From the NCBI RefSeq assembly GCF_030028105.1, contig NC_092371.1:15025884-15089883 (forward strand): a stretch of DNA of 64,000 nucleotides, read 5' to 3'. The notes beneath the pieces were generated by a model. It had not been told where the DNA came from and made no database searches. It saw only the letters and a list, made by a program, of their open reading frames with translations. A program made the translations under genes and the position numbers. Numbering within the stretch: the first letter of the stretch is position 1; every line of letters begins with the position of its first letter. Origin of the DNA: Mobula birostris (Eukaryota). Shown piece by piece: positions 1 to 10,849 of the stretch.

Positions 1-679
1 CGTATAACTCACACACAACATAAAATAATATTGTTACAAATATAATACCTAAAAGTGAAATAAATTCCATCAGATTCACACTTAATGATTCTTCACTTCA
101 TCAAAGATTCCCAAAATGACTGGCGATGTTTTTTTTTCCCTTCAGCAAAAGCTCGGTGTGGTGCTAGTGGGACATGAGTATCGTTCATGCACCAAAAGAT
201 GGAGGTATGGAGATACCCAAAGGGGTTCAGCAATTCTCTCCAGGCAGAAAAAAGTTACATCATGGGCTTGAGGAGGGCATTCGGACCGATCACCTGTCCC
301 CTGCATCCCTCAATGTTTTTGGTTGATAAGAAATCTTTCAGCCTCAGATGTTAAATAAACAATTAATCCGACAATCTTTGCCGCTTTGCACAGAGAATTT
401 CACATTTCTTCCAGCCTCTTATACAAAGAGTTCCATGAAGACACTCCTAAAATACAAGCTTTGCCTTGTCCTGTTCGAGACTACCGATAGCAGTCTCTTT
501 CTAACCTGCAGCAATATGTTGAAAATCAATTAAATTATTCGTCCTCTTCGAAATTCTTATTATTCCCAAATAAAATTAAGGGGAAGCGGCAACGGAAGAA
601 CACACAGAAAGCTTAAAGCCAGTTTGAGAAATGTGTCTCGTAAAAGTAACTCAGATATTATTTGGTCAGACTGCTCTTG

Positions 680-1215
680 GAGAAATGTGAGCTGTTTTGG
701 ACCCCTTATCTAGGAAAGGATGTGCTGGCATTGGAGAGGATCCAGAGAGAATTGACGAGAATGATTCCGGGAATTAAAAGGTTAACGTATGAGTACCGTT
801 GGGTGGCTGGAATTTAGGAGGATGAGGAGTGATCTTAGTGAAAGATATTGAATAATAAAATGTCTAGGTAGAGTGAACGTGGATGGTACGTTTCCGATAT
901 TAGAGAAGATTAAGACCAAAGGCGCGACCCCAGAATAGAGGGACGTCCCTTTAGACCAGGGATGAGGAGGTACTCCTTCTGCCAGAGGGAGATGAAACTG
1001 TAAAATTCATCGCCACGGACAGCTGCAGAGGTAAGGTGTTTGAGGATATTCAAAGTGGAGTTTTATGGGTTTGGTATTAGTAAGGATCTCAAAGGTTACG
1101 GGGAGAAGGCAGGAGAATACAGTTGAGAGAGATAATTTATTGCCCATGATGGAATGACAGAACAGACGCGGTGTGCCAAATTGCCTAATTCTTCTCTTAT
1201 GTCAGGCGGTTTGAT
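680..1215 (+). mobile_element. Degenerate CR1 LINE 3' end (ORF2 C-terminus and 3' UTR)
   Basis: Matches the CR1 C-terminal block seen in younger copies here (aggaaaggatgtgctggcattggagagg; KDVLALE-like), followed by typical CR1 3' UTR. Confidence 0.75.
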
Positions 1216-1762
1216 GGTTTATTGTCTGACAACATGCTGTATTCCCTCTAAGTCCAAAAACATCTTGGTCAGATGCGGCGGCAGCACTTCTCCAAGTGTT
1301 TCGGGTCTTATCCAGACGGCAGTTTCTACGGCTCTCTAAATTCAAGATTCAAGACTGTTTATTGTTATTCTTCCATATACGAATAGAGAAATCGAAAAAA
1401 ATATATATATACTCCGGGTCTGACACAGCATAAACAACAGAATAACCATAAGAACACAGTGAAAATAAACGAAACACCATAAAGTTGAATGCAATCCTAT
1501 AAAAAACAATATACAAGTAAATGATTGTGCGGCAGACTAAGTTGTAACCCTTCGTGGAATGACATCGAAATTGAACATTGATTAATACAACCCCCATTTG
1601 TTATCATATTGCAATATATTTAATTTGGACAAAGGAAAAATCAAAATGATAACACTGAGGGAATCTCTTAAGGTGAGATTTACGCAAGCTGTGCAAGAAG
1701 CCTCGGGTCTTCACTTTAAGGCTTAGAATATGCTTGAATCGCGGCATCAATATTAGTCCAAC

Positions 1763-2110
1763 GTTTTAATCACATAATAAATGGACCCGTGGAAATCCTG
1801 TCAACCCTAGAGTGTCACAAGATGATTTGCTCAGATGTTTTTTGTGTGAGCACAGGTTCTGTCCATATCTTGGGAATCCGCCAAGATAGAAACCAACCAG
1901 ATTCTCATTTGTGGGCAAAAGAGGATGCAGCGAACTCGAGACAGGCGTTTACGATCGGCACTCGGAACTGAGATGTACTCCGAACAATGGTAATTTAAGA
2001 TATCACAAATCATGATCTACCATTGTTTAACAGGGTCACGACTGCGCCGACCTTACTCTGCGAGTCTGAGAAATAACTTCAGAGCAGATTAGTAAAATAT
2101 GGCTTCCGTT
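1763..2110 (+). pseudogene. Possible very decayed Ig light-chain V-J remnant (tentative)
   Basis: Scattered motifs in the expected order across frameshifts: V(L)NHIINGPV..LEC (intact gene VLNQTPMSGPV..LEC), then cac gac tgc gcc gac ct tac tct gcg (HD-S-A-x-Y-Y-C-A-like) at 2037-2062, then ttc aga gca gat (FGxG-like) at 2078-2089. The middle of the domain does not align. Confidence 0.3.
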
Positions 2111-3897
2111 TGATAATTACATGCTGACCATGTTCATGCCCATCGTTCATTTGTACCCAATCCTAAACATCAAGTTTGTGAATCTCTTATTGGAGTTCAA
2201 GCAGCGTACATACCTAAACCGTACTGCCCTGTCCTTGGCGCGTCGCCAATTGACGATCGGTCCCCGTGTTATGAAACAGCATGAACGTGAAGTATTATTT
2301 GGTCTGGCCAATTTATAATTAGCTTCAGAAATATCTTAAATGTCAGCAATCCCAAATATGGCAGTAATTCCCAATATACCAGCAGTCTGTCTACGCTAAT
2401 AGTTTCTCATTATTTCATGTTCACCAAAGGCTATCAGGTGCGTCATGACTTTCCTATACAGAAAGCCACAATACAACACACAACCAGAACAGTCCTAAAG
2501 CTCCTAGAATTTGAGAAATTATTGTACTCCGCCATGCCAGTACCTCAGATGTTACCAGTCTGAGCTGAGAAAAAGTAAATATGATAGCAATGCAGGCTCA
2601 ATAGTAAAAAAAAATCATAAAATTGATTTGCATTACCTTTCTCTGGGCAGTGTCTTTAGCAGATGGTTGACCCCAGCCATTAACAATGCGATTAGGTGAT
2701 TGTCTGCCTACCGTTGGCGGTCGTATAACCAGGGCTTCTAATATCGTTCAACAATATTGCTCGGATCTCAGGATTTAGCAGCTTAAAAAAAATTACAAGA
2801 CCAATACCATTAGGAACATACACAAAGACGCCTCTGAAGGAAACACGTTTTCCAGGACTTGAAACATCCCTTCCCTCAGATCCCCATCTTCTAGAATTTC
2901 AGCCCAATTCGCCCATTCCCCGCCAGTACGGTTTCCTGGGTTCACCCTTCCAAACTCGTTAGCTGCAATGATCAGACAGAGCCTCGAAATAGGGACCGCC
3001 GTAACCGTTAATAGCTATTGTATGTGTATATGTTTGGAATCTAAGCTGATCTACGCTGCTTGCAGATTCAAATAAAAAGGAGGATAACAAAGATTCTAAA
3101 GAAGATTGTTGTGGGAAGACACCAGCCTAGAAAAAGAGAATTGTTGCTTGGTGAAATTATTGTTTCCAAGAACATCTTGATCTGCCTTTGATTTGGTTGT
3201 AACTTAATGATTTAATAAGATCAACTCTAATTCTAAACAGAAAGTGAAATAACATCGAACTGATCTAGCATTATGCTAGATTAGTGTCGTGTTGGGTGCT
3301 ACCATGCACACCTGTGATGTTTTAGCACCAAAGGATACTATCAGTGGATGTTCTTATTAATTATTTATAGATTTTTTTATTTGTGTAGTTGCTGAACGTT
3401 TTTGACTTCTGTTGTATACCATGCCCTGACTAGCACACCACAGAAAATTCATTGTACATGTAAATGTATATACCGAACAAATTTGACCCTTCATCCATAA
3501 GCCATAATGTTCGATTAGAAACCCCTGGCAAAGTCAAGTGAAGATCGACCTAAAGAACGAAATAGAATGAGGCCATAAGCCTGAGGCCATTTCTCCGCTC
3601 TGCGTCGCAGTCACCTTGCCTCTTCCAATCATTTCCCCGGTTCACCGAACTCCTTTTTTTCCTTATGGCTGAGTCAGATTCCTAGAAGCCGCTCCCAACA
3701 GCATTGTGAGAACATCACGGATACCCGAGAGTTAAGAAGAGGCTAAACCCCAGCTCCTCAAAGGGCTCTAACCGTTGGGAAGCCAATGACGATCTTGCTG
3801 GAGATAAGAAGATCCTTAAAAATGAATAAATACAAATTGATACTGACTGGGACGTTAGCAAACCAACGAATATCCTAGCAAACCTAAGACTATAAGG

Positions 3898-5065
3898 CAG
3901 GGGTCCCCAACCTTTATTGCACTGCGGACCGGTTTCATATTGACAATATTCTTGCGGACCGGCTGACCGGAGGGGCGGGCGGGTAGAGTTGCCAACGGAC
4001 AAGAGTAGCAGTCAAATACGTTGTTTACCCCGAGAGACTACAATCACCATGAAGCCTTGGGGGTACCAGTGCGCATGCATGTACGTGCCGATTTTCTCTG
4101 CAAATCATTTCTGACGATTCTGTTGGCGGAGCGGGCGGGGGGGTGGGGTGTTAATCACGACCGGAATATAGGTGATAAGTGGCTAATACACTCAATTTCG
4201 TTTATAAAAGGGTTTATCTAACGAATTTAATATTAAACACACCGCGCATATTTTCCTCGCATGAATATAGTGATAAGTCAATTAGCAGGAGAGGACAGGG
4301 GAGCTTGAAGTAAGTGTTGAACAAAATTCCAGTAGTAGTGGTAGAGGCAGGTTCGATGTTATCATTTAAAGAAAAATTGGATCGGTATATGGACAGGAAA
4401 GGAATGGAGGGTTATGGGCTGGGTGCAGCCCCGTGGGACTAGGTGAGAGTAACGTTCGGCACGGACTAGAAGGGCATAGATCGCCTGTTTCCGTGCTGTA
4501 ATTGTTATATGGCTATATAATTAAGTCAATAGCATCATAACATTTTAAGTAACGTTTGGATATTAAACACACAGCACATATTTCCCCCGTATGAACATAT
4601 AAAATCATTGCAACGCACCAATATCGCTGAATCAGTGGGAGCCCTGGGCTTGTTTCCCTGCAACAAGACGGTCCCATCGAAGGGTGACGGGAGACAGCGA
4701 TACTCGAAGGGGGTTCCTTATGTCCAGTAGATTCCGCAATTTGATTTTCGTTGCATTCATTGCAGAAATATGTTGGAAATGGAAGCAACGTTTTCAGTGC
4801 TTTCGTGGCTATCTCAGGATATTTAGCCTTGACTTTGACTCAGAATGCCGGCAGAGATGCTATGTCAAACATACTTTTCAGCCCGCCGTCATTTGCAAGC
4901 TGGAGGAGTTGATCTTCTTCCGCGCTGGCATAGATGACGCGCGGGTAATGACCTCGCATGCGTAATGGCTCAACGGTGGGCATGACAAGGAATGAGGAAA
5001 GGTGCAGCTGACTCCTATCGCCAAATCATATAATTTCCTCGCGGCCCGGTGGTTGGGGACCGCTG
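3898..5065 (-). mobile_element. Non-autonomous hAT (Charlie/Buster-like) DNA transposon derivative
   Basis: Terminal inverted repeats CAGGGGTCCCCAACC (3898-3912) and GGTTGGGGACCGCTG (5051-5065), 14/15 match. The minus strand at about 4620-4920 encodes a degenerate hAT C-terminal dimerisation region (..KYPEIATKALKTLLPFPT..). No clean 8-bp TSD. Confidence 0.85.
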
Positions 5066-5711
5066 CTTCAGAAGGACAGAGGGTGCTATGGGAAGACAGC
5101 GAGGAGTTTATGGAATTTTAGGGACGACGGCCTTGTCGGCTGAAGGCACTTCAGCCAAAATTGGACCGATTAAATTTGGTGATGAATAGTTGGTAATTGA
5201 GAAGGAGGCCTGATTAGATGGAAAAAGAGGGAGGCCCTGGTTCGTGAATGAAAGATCTGAAGAATATGGAGGGTGCTGACTTTGGAGCTATGAGCGCATT
5301 TATTTGGAAGAGATACCTTCTCATTATCGTTATACTCAACCAAGAGCACAGAGATAGAGTCACAGTCACATGACGCTACAGCACACAAACAAGCCCTACA
5401 GCATATATAGCCCTACTGAATGTTGCCATTAATGTGTCTGGTCTCACCGACCAGAATCCGGACCATAGCCCTCCATACCCCATCCATTAATACGCTTATC
5501 CAAACTTCGTTTAAATATTGCAATCGAAACTGCATCCGCCATTTCCGATGGCAGATCGTTCACGCTCTCATTACCGTCTGACTAAGGAGTTTCCCCTATG
5601 GCTCCCCTTAGACATTTCACCTTTCACCATTAAACCGTGACCTCTAGTTGTAGTCTCGTCTAACCTCAGTGGATAAAGTCTGCATGTATTTACCCTGCTT
5701 GTATTTGCCCG

Positions 5712-6994
5712 TGTTATTCGGGGGGCGCTGGAAGCGGGCCCAAAAGGAAGACACAGACACTGAAGTACTAGGAAACGGACTAGGTTTATCGAGGTACCAA
5801 GGTGAGTAAGGAAGAAACGACGCTGGACATTGACACAGGCCCTGGACGGGACTAGGATTCAGGGCCTGGCTGGGACTTGGACGAGAAACACATGACCCGG
5901 ACGTGGAACTAGGAACGAGGAGCCTGGGCTAGGAACACGGAACTCCGGAACAAGAGCCTGGACAAGGACCCGAAACCTGGGTCTTTGTTGGGACTGGGAA
6001 ACTGCGTCTTGACTGGGAACCGGAATCCCGGTCTAGGCTAGGACTCGGGAATAGGATCTTGGCAAGGACAGGACGCGGCTACAGGACAGGGCGAGGTACT
6101 CCAGCACAGGACGAAGAATCTCCAGCACCGAGCGAAGCGAGGCACCGGAACTAGATGAGGACACGAGGCTCAGATTTGGACAATGCTGGAACACGGCGCC
6201 TGGACTTGGTCTTGGAACACAGGAACACAGAGCATTGGACGTGGGCTGAACTCTCAGAGCCTTGGACGTGGACTGGACGAGGTACTCCAGGGCAGCACGT
6301 GGCTCTTGGACTAGCTTTGGCTCGGCTCTTATATTCGGCTTGGTTAGGCTCCTGGGTACGGTGCCGGGACTCCTCCTCGGAGCGCAGAGCCGGAACACTT
6401 TCTAAGACGCAGGGCCAGGACACTTTCTAGGACGCAGGGCCAGGACCATTTCTTGGACGCAGGGCCGGGAGCATTTCTTGGACGCAGGGCCGGGATGCTT
6501 TCTAGCACGCAAGGCCAGGATGACTACCGAGGACACTAGCCGAGGGAGCTGCCGAAATAAACTGCCGAGGGACTCCTGGACTGGACGAGGCACATGGACG
6601 GACGAGAACATGAAGCCTTGACTTGGACAGGACTGGAACAGGGCGCCTGGAACTCGGAACGCAGGAACACAGAACACAGAGCCGGAACTCCTTCTTGGGA
6701 ACAGGACTCAAGGCCGGGGCTTTACACAGATTCAGGACCCCTCCTTGGGAACAGAACCTAGGACCGGGACCTTTCTTTGACACGGACACTAAACACGGGG
6801 AACGAAGAAGTAGTTCTAAACTCAATGATAGATAGTTCCTTCTCTTGGCGTGGCAATGCTCCGGTCTCACTTCGGCGGTTGAACTTGACGGAGATGCAGG
6901 CGAGGCTTCAGAAGAAAGGGGCGCGGAACAGTCTATCCGGGAATCTTTGGTTTGAGAGGTATTTATGTGCCAGCCCAAAACGAGAATCAGAACA
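5712..6994 (-). mobile_element. Solo LTR-like element (Gypsy-type LTR suspected)
   Basis: Read on the minus strand it begins TGTT and ends TAACA, has a TATA-like CATAAATA near its 5' end and a long low-complexity internal repeat region. No TSD found. Confidence 0.5.
6379..6528. repeat. Tandem array of six 25-bp units (consensus about GGACGCAGGGCCRGGANNNTTTCT)
   Basis: Units start at 6379, 6404, 6429, 6454, 6479 and 6504; the outer units are more diverged. Confidence 0.9.
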
Positions 6995-7789
6995 ATGGCA
7001 TCCCATAATTTTGTATATCTCTATCAAATCTCCCTTCATTCTCCTTCGCTCTAGAGAATAAAGGCCTATCGTGTCCAATTTTCTCTATAATTCAGGTCCT
7101 TGGCCGTGGGAGCATCCTTGTGAATTTTCTCTGCACTTTTTCAATTTTATTGATATATTTCCTCTAGGTGGGTGGCTGTATTGGGCAGAATATTCCAAAT
7201 GTATTCACCAAAGTGTTATACAACTACAACATAGCATCGCAACTCCTGTACTCCACACATTGATCCCAGATCCCTCTGTGTTACCGCACTCTGTAGTACC
7301 CAAACGCTCACTGTATATGTGGAACACTGGTCTGTTCCCCTAAAGTGCAACATTCCACATTAGTCTGGAAAGGGTAAGCGGTTGAATGCTGGTGATGGTG
7401 AAGTAAACTTGTACAGTAGAACCGAGGGGTGATGTTTCACACAGGGCCCGCTGAGCGTGACGTCTATAAGCTCGCACCTAAATATGTTATCCAACTGGTC
7501 TTCGAACAGGGCCAAAGGGAGGACAGGACCATCACCGCTGGTCTGGTGCATCCACTATAGATGGCGGTAACTTCACTAACTAATCGACCCCACTTTGAAA
7601 CCACTAGCCTTCTCATGCCCCGTGAGTCGAGTGGGTCACAATGAAACCAAGCAGAACTGTTCATGTTAGTGTCTCCTCTGGAGCATATGATTGCAGTTCC
7701 TCATAATGGGCTGTTTCCTGGTGTCGCTACTTGGCGATTTTTAAATGTCCTTCTTAGTGCAAGCTTAAGAAGGATAGAGTAATGTGCCA

Positions 7790-8113
7790 ATGACATAAAG
7801 GACAAAGACGATGTCCAAAACAATTACTTCCTCAAAGCCATCAGTTACCACCCGTTAACTGTCCCATCCCCAACACCACTCGCCCCACCATCACTGCATA
7901 CAGATTACCTAGTGTCATTTTCTGCAGATAACAGTCCATGTGTATAACAATTACTTGTCGATCGTGTTCATTGTAATGTTTTTTTATTTATATTTATGGC
8001 GTTTTATTATATTCTTTATGTGTGTTGTGTGTGTTTTAATACTGCATCAGATCTGGAGTAACAACTATTTCGTTCTCCTTTCCAATCGTGTACTGAAGAA
8101 TTAAGATAAACAA
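7790..8113 (+). mobile_element. Rex1/Babar-like LINE 3' end
   Basis: C-terminal nyFpkAIrl-like coding remnant (caattacttcctcaaagccatcag) and a CTTGAATCTTGA-type tail. Confidence 0.5.
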
Positions 8114-9006
8114 TATTGCGCCTTGAATCTTGAAAGTCACATAGTTTTTAATGTTTATGGCTGCACCAAATGTCAAGCCAGAACTGTTTACCGTGAGGGA
8201 AAACAGTTATACATGCCCTCAACGGAACCAAACGCTAGGCAATCAACCTTAGACCCAAAACGCGCAGACTAACTCTCCTGCAATGTTAAACTGTGCTTTC
8301 AGTGGTGAATGACCACACATTAGCATGGCTGCTGATTCTGGAAAGCGTGCATTGCGTATTTTCTGGCGTGGCATTTGTTCCCTGGCGGTTAATCTGAACC
8401 CTAATCTCCGCAGTTGCTGTACTGGGGTTGCAACGATTAACCTCAAAATATGTCGACCTTTGCTCAAAAAATGAACTCAATTTGTTGGGTTCGACCCAGG
8501 CCTCCGTTCCATCTGCTTTAGAATCTATCGATTTTCGGGAGAGTTTCACGATACACTTTATTTTAAAACTTATGTTAAACAAGTAAAAAATCGGCATGAT
8601 CTCGGCATGGTTTTCTAACCCCAGCCTGCCCCTCGCTTCCCCCACACCCCGCTCCCCACCCCCCGACCTGAATGAGTTAAGTTTGGTGACAGTTGAGAGA
8701 GAATGTGGAAATTGGATAAATTTATTTGCTGGACGCAGGGGCAACTGAAACTATGGACAAGGATCTTAAAAGCCTGATGTTTTTCCTGAAAGCAACTATC
8801 AATCCTCTGTCTCAAATCACTTTGCTGTGGATGCTTATCAAACATCCAGAATCCTGGATCTGCGACACAACTGAAACTGAATCTTTTACAAATGGAAGGA
8901 TAAGATTTAAACCGTCATTTAATTTTCCTTTGGTATATTTTAAAGGAGAGCAGTTAATCTGCGCCCCCATCCTTTCTCTGGCGCTTCACACTCATTAAAA
9001 TCCCGG

Positions 9007-9131
9007 TTAATAAACAGGACCGGAGGCTCCGGTTTACAATCACTGGAACCGATGCAGCTCATAGTGCTTGCAGAACAGCGTGCGGTTCGGTCAGAAATTT
9101 CGGCGCTCACTTTTTCCACCTGTCTGGAGCA
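9007..9131 (+). promoter_or_regulatory. Decayed promoter of the light-chain pseudogene
   Basis: Collinear with 30837-30959. It shares TTAATAAACAG, TTGCAGAACAGC and CCACCTGTC; the octamer-like position reads GTTTACAA (9032-9039). Confidence 0.6.
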
Positions 9132-9678
9132 ATGTCCCCAGCGCTGCATCTTCTGTGATCTCTGCTGGTCCATATACCAGCTGAGAGTCCGGTTGGCCCT
9201 AAGGCATATCATCTGCACGGAAATTCGTTAAGTTCTCTATTTTTGTTTGTATTCTGCTCGTGTTTAACTTCTGTTGCCACACCCAGGTCAACCAGTGGTT
9301 TTACTATATTTTATTGTATGAATACTGGAAGACCCCGTCCTCAATCAGACATCGATATCTGGACCCGCATCCGCGGGACTAATCGTCTGCTTAGATTGTC
9401 AGATACGCAACCCAACTTTTGATAAACACTACACGTAGTGGTACCGACAGCGTCTCGGGGAAAAGCCGCAGTGGGTACGAAGGCACAGTCTAGATGATTC
9501 CATACTGAATGGAACTAGAATCACTGACCGTTTGCAACCGTCGAGAGGCACCTCTCCAACTGTTACATCATGACCATTAGTATCCTGGAGCCCCACGACT
9601 CCGCGGGCTATTACTGCGCGGTTTGGGAAAGTTATGTGGGATATTTCTTCGGTCCTAGGACGATCCTGGATAAAACAA
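9132..9678 (+). pseudogene. Ig light-chain (sigma-cart/NS5-like) pseudogene: leader plus germline-joined V-J, no C exon recognised
   Basis: The 49-nt leader 9132-9180 (MSPALHLL*) parallels the intact leader. V-J 9320-9678 is collinear with 31143-31496 (PVLNQT..LDC..*WYRQ..GTRITDRLQPSR..DSAGYYCAVWESYVGYFFGPRTILD). Defects: TGA in the leader, TAG at 9436-9438, a 1-nt deletion near 9556, and all three splice signals mutated. Confidence 0.92.
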
Positions 9679-9693
9679 TTAAGTGACTCTGGA

Positions 9694-9994
9694 AACAACA
9701 GGAATTCTGCAGATGCTGGAAATTCAAGCAAGACGCATCAAAGTTGCTGGTGAACGCAGCAGGCCAGGCAGCATCTGTAGGAAGGGGTACAGTCGACGTT
9801 TCAGGCCGAGACCCTTCGTCAGGACTAACTGACGGAAGAGTTAGTAAGAGATTTGAAAGAGGGGAGATCCAAAATGATAGAAGAAAACAGGAGGGGGAGG
9901 GGGAGGGATGGAGCCAAGAGTTGGGCAGGTGATTGGCAAAGGGGGTATGAGAGGATCATGGGACAGGAGGTCCGGGGAGAAAGACAAGGGGGGG
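9694..9994 (-). mobile_element. Penelope-like element terminal fragment with a 12-bp target-site duplication
   Basis: Same terminal sequence as the GIY-YIG element at 41.0 kb (ctgcagatgctggaa...). Flanked by AGTGACTCTGGA (9682-9693) and AGTGACTGTGGA (9995-10006). Confidence 0.85.
9790..9827 (-). ncRNA. Minimal type I hammerhead ribozyme motif
   Basis: The minus strand reads TAGTC CTGACGA AGG-GTCTCGG-CCT GAA ACGT C GACTG. This gives stem I TAGTC/GACTG, core CUGANGA, stem II AGG/CCT, GAAA, palindromic stem III ACGT and a GUC cleavage triplet. Confidence 0.8.
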
Positions 9995-10849
9995 AGTGAC
10001 TGTGGATCTTGCTTTCCAACTTTTCCCATAAAAGTCCCCGTCATTCCCCAATGCTGGAAAAGTTCTCGATCCCTGGAAAGTTGATGCTGTCTCGGCACCG
10101 TGCGAAGGCTCGAGCTGAACACGGGAGACGAATCATCCTCTCGGGTCAGCTCCGTTTTCCATTGCATGAGCTTTATAGCCGTGACCCACAACGTGATGAG
10201 ATCACATTTCATCGTCCTTAGTCGAAGCACTGGGGGTAATTAGGGGCATTAGAGCTACGATCCCCACATCCCGCCAGCGGTTTAACTCAATGAGCCTCGG
10301 TCTAGTTTCACTGAAACTCTGCCACTGCTGGTAATCCGACATCCAAACTCACCGACATCTAAACCCGACACTTTCTACCAACCACCCAACTGCCCCCAAA
10401 CCCGCTATACACACGCCAAGAACACGACATCATGAATAAAACAATGGAAAATATTCCCAGTATTTCCGTATGTGTTTTAAACATTGGATCAGAGTACCCG
10501 AAGTTCTTTTTAAGATAACATAAGTCGCCATTGATGGCAAAGAAAAGGATCATTATTATCGCAGAAAAGCGATGAAAATGCGGTGCCTCAGGATAAATTC
10601 GGTTAGTAGGGTTTGGAGTTGGAATTGGGATGTAAACCGGTGGATTCTGGCTGTTAACAGTGCATAGTTGCATTCTATTTTTGCCACCATTTCTTGTTCC
10701 ATCAGTGTGTACCCAATCTTGGACGGCTACAGGGTCCATCCGATTAGGGATACTCCAAGCGTCCTTACGCCAAGTATAACAGCCATAAATTCGTGGCCGG
10801 CATCTACACTTGAGTTAGTGAGATCGTGCAAGGATGGCTGACGGTAGAA

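Larger units (their letters stand above)
5375..7345 (-). mobile_element. CR1 3' end fragment split by the 5712-6994 insertion
   Basis: CR1 antisense tail sequence on both sides of the insert (..gcatgtatttaccc.. on the left, ..cccataattttgtatatctctatcaaatctccc.. on the right) is collinear with intact CR1 3' ends. Confidence 0.65.

Noticed and set aside
6379-6528. 25-bp array as a CRISPR-like structure
   Set aside because: The units are head-to-tail with no unique spacers, and the context is vertebrate with no cas genes.
6033-6978. Several overlapping 90-160 aa ORFs
   Set aside because: By-products of the repetitive, stop-poor LTR-like sequence.
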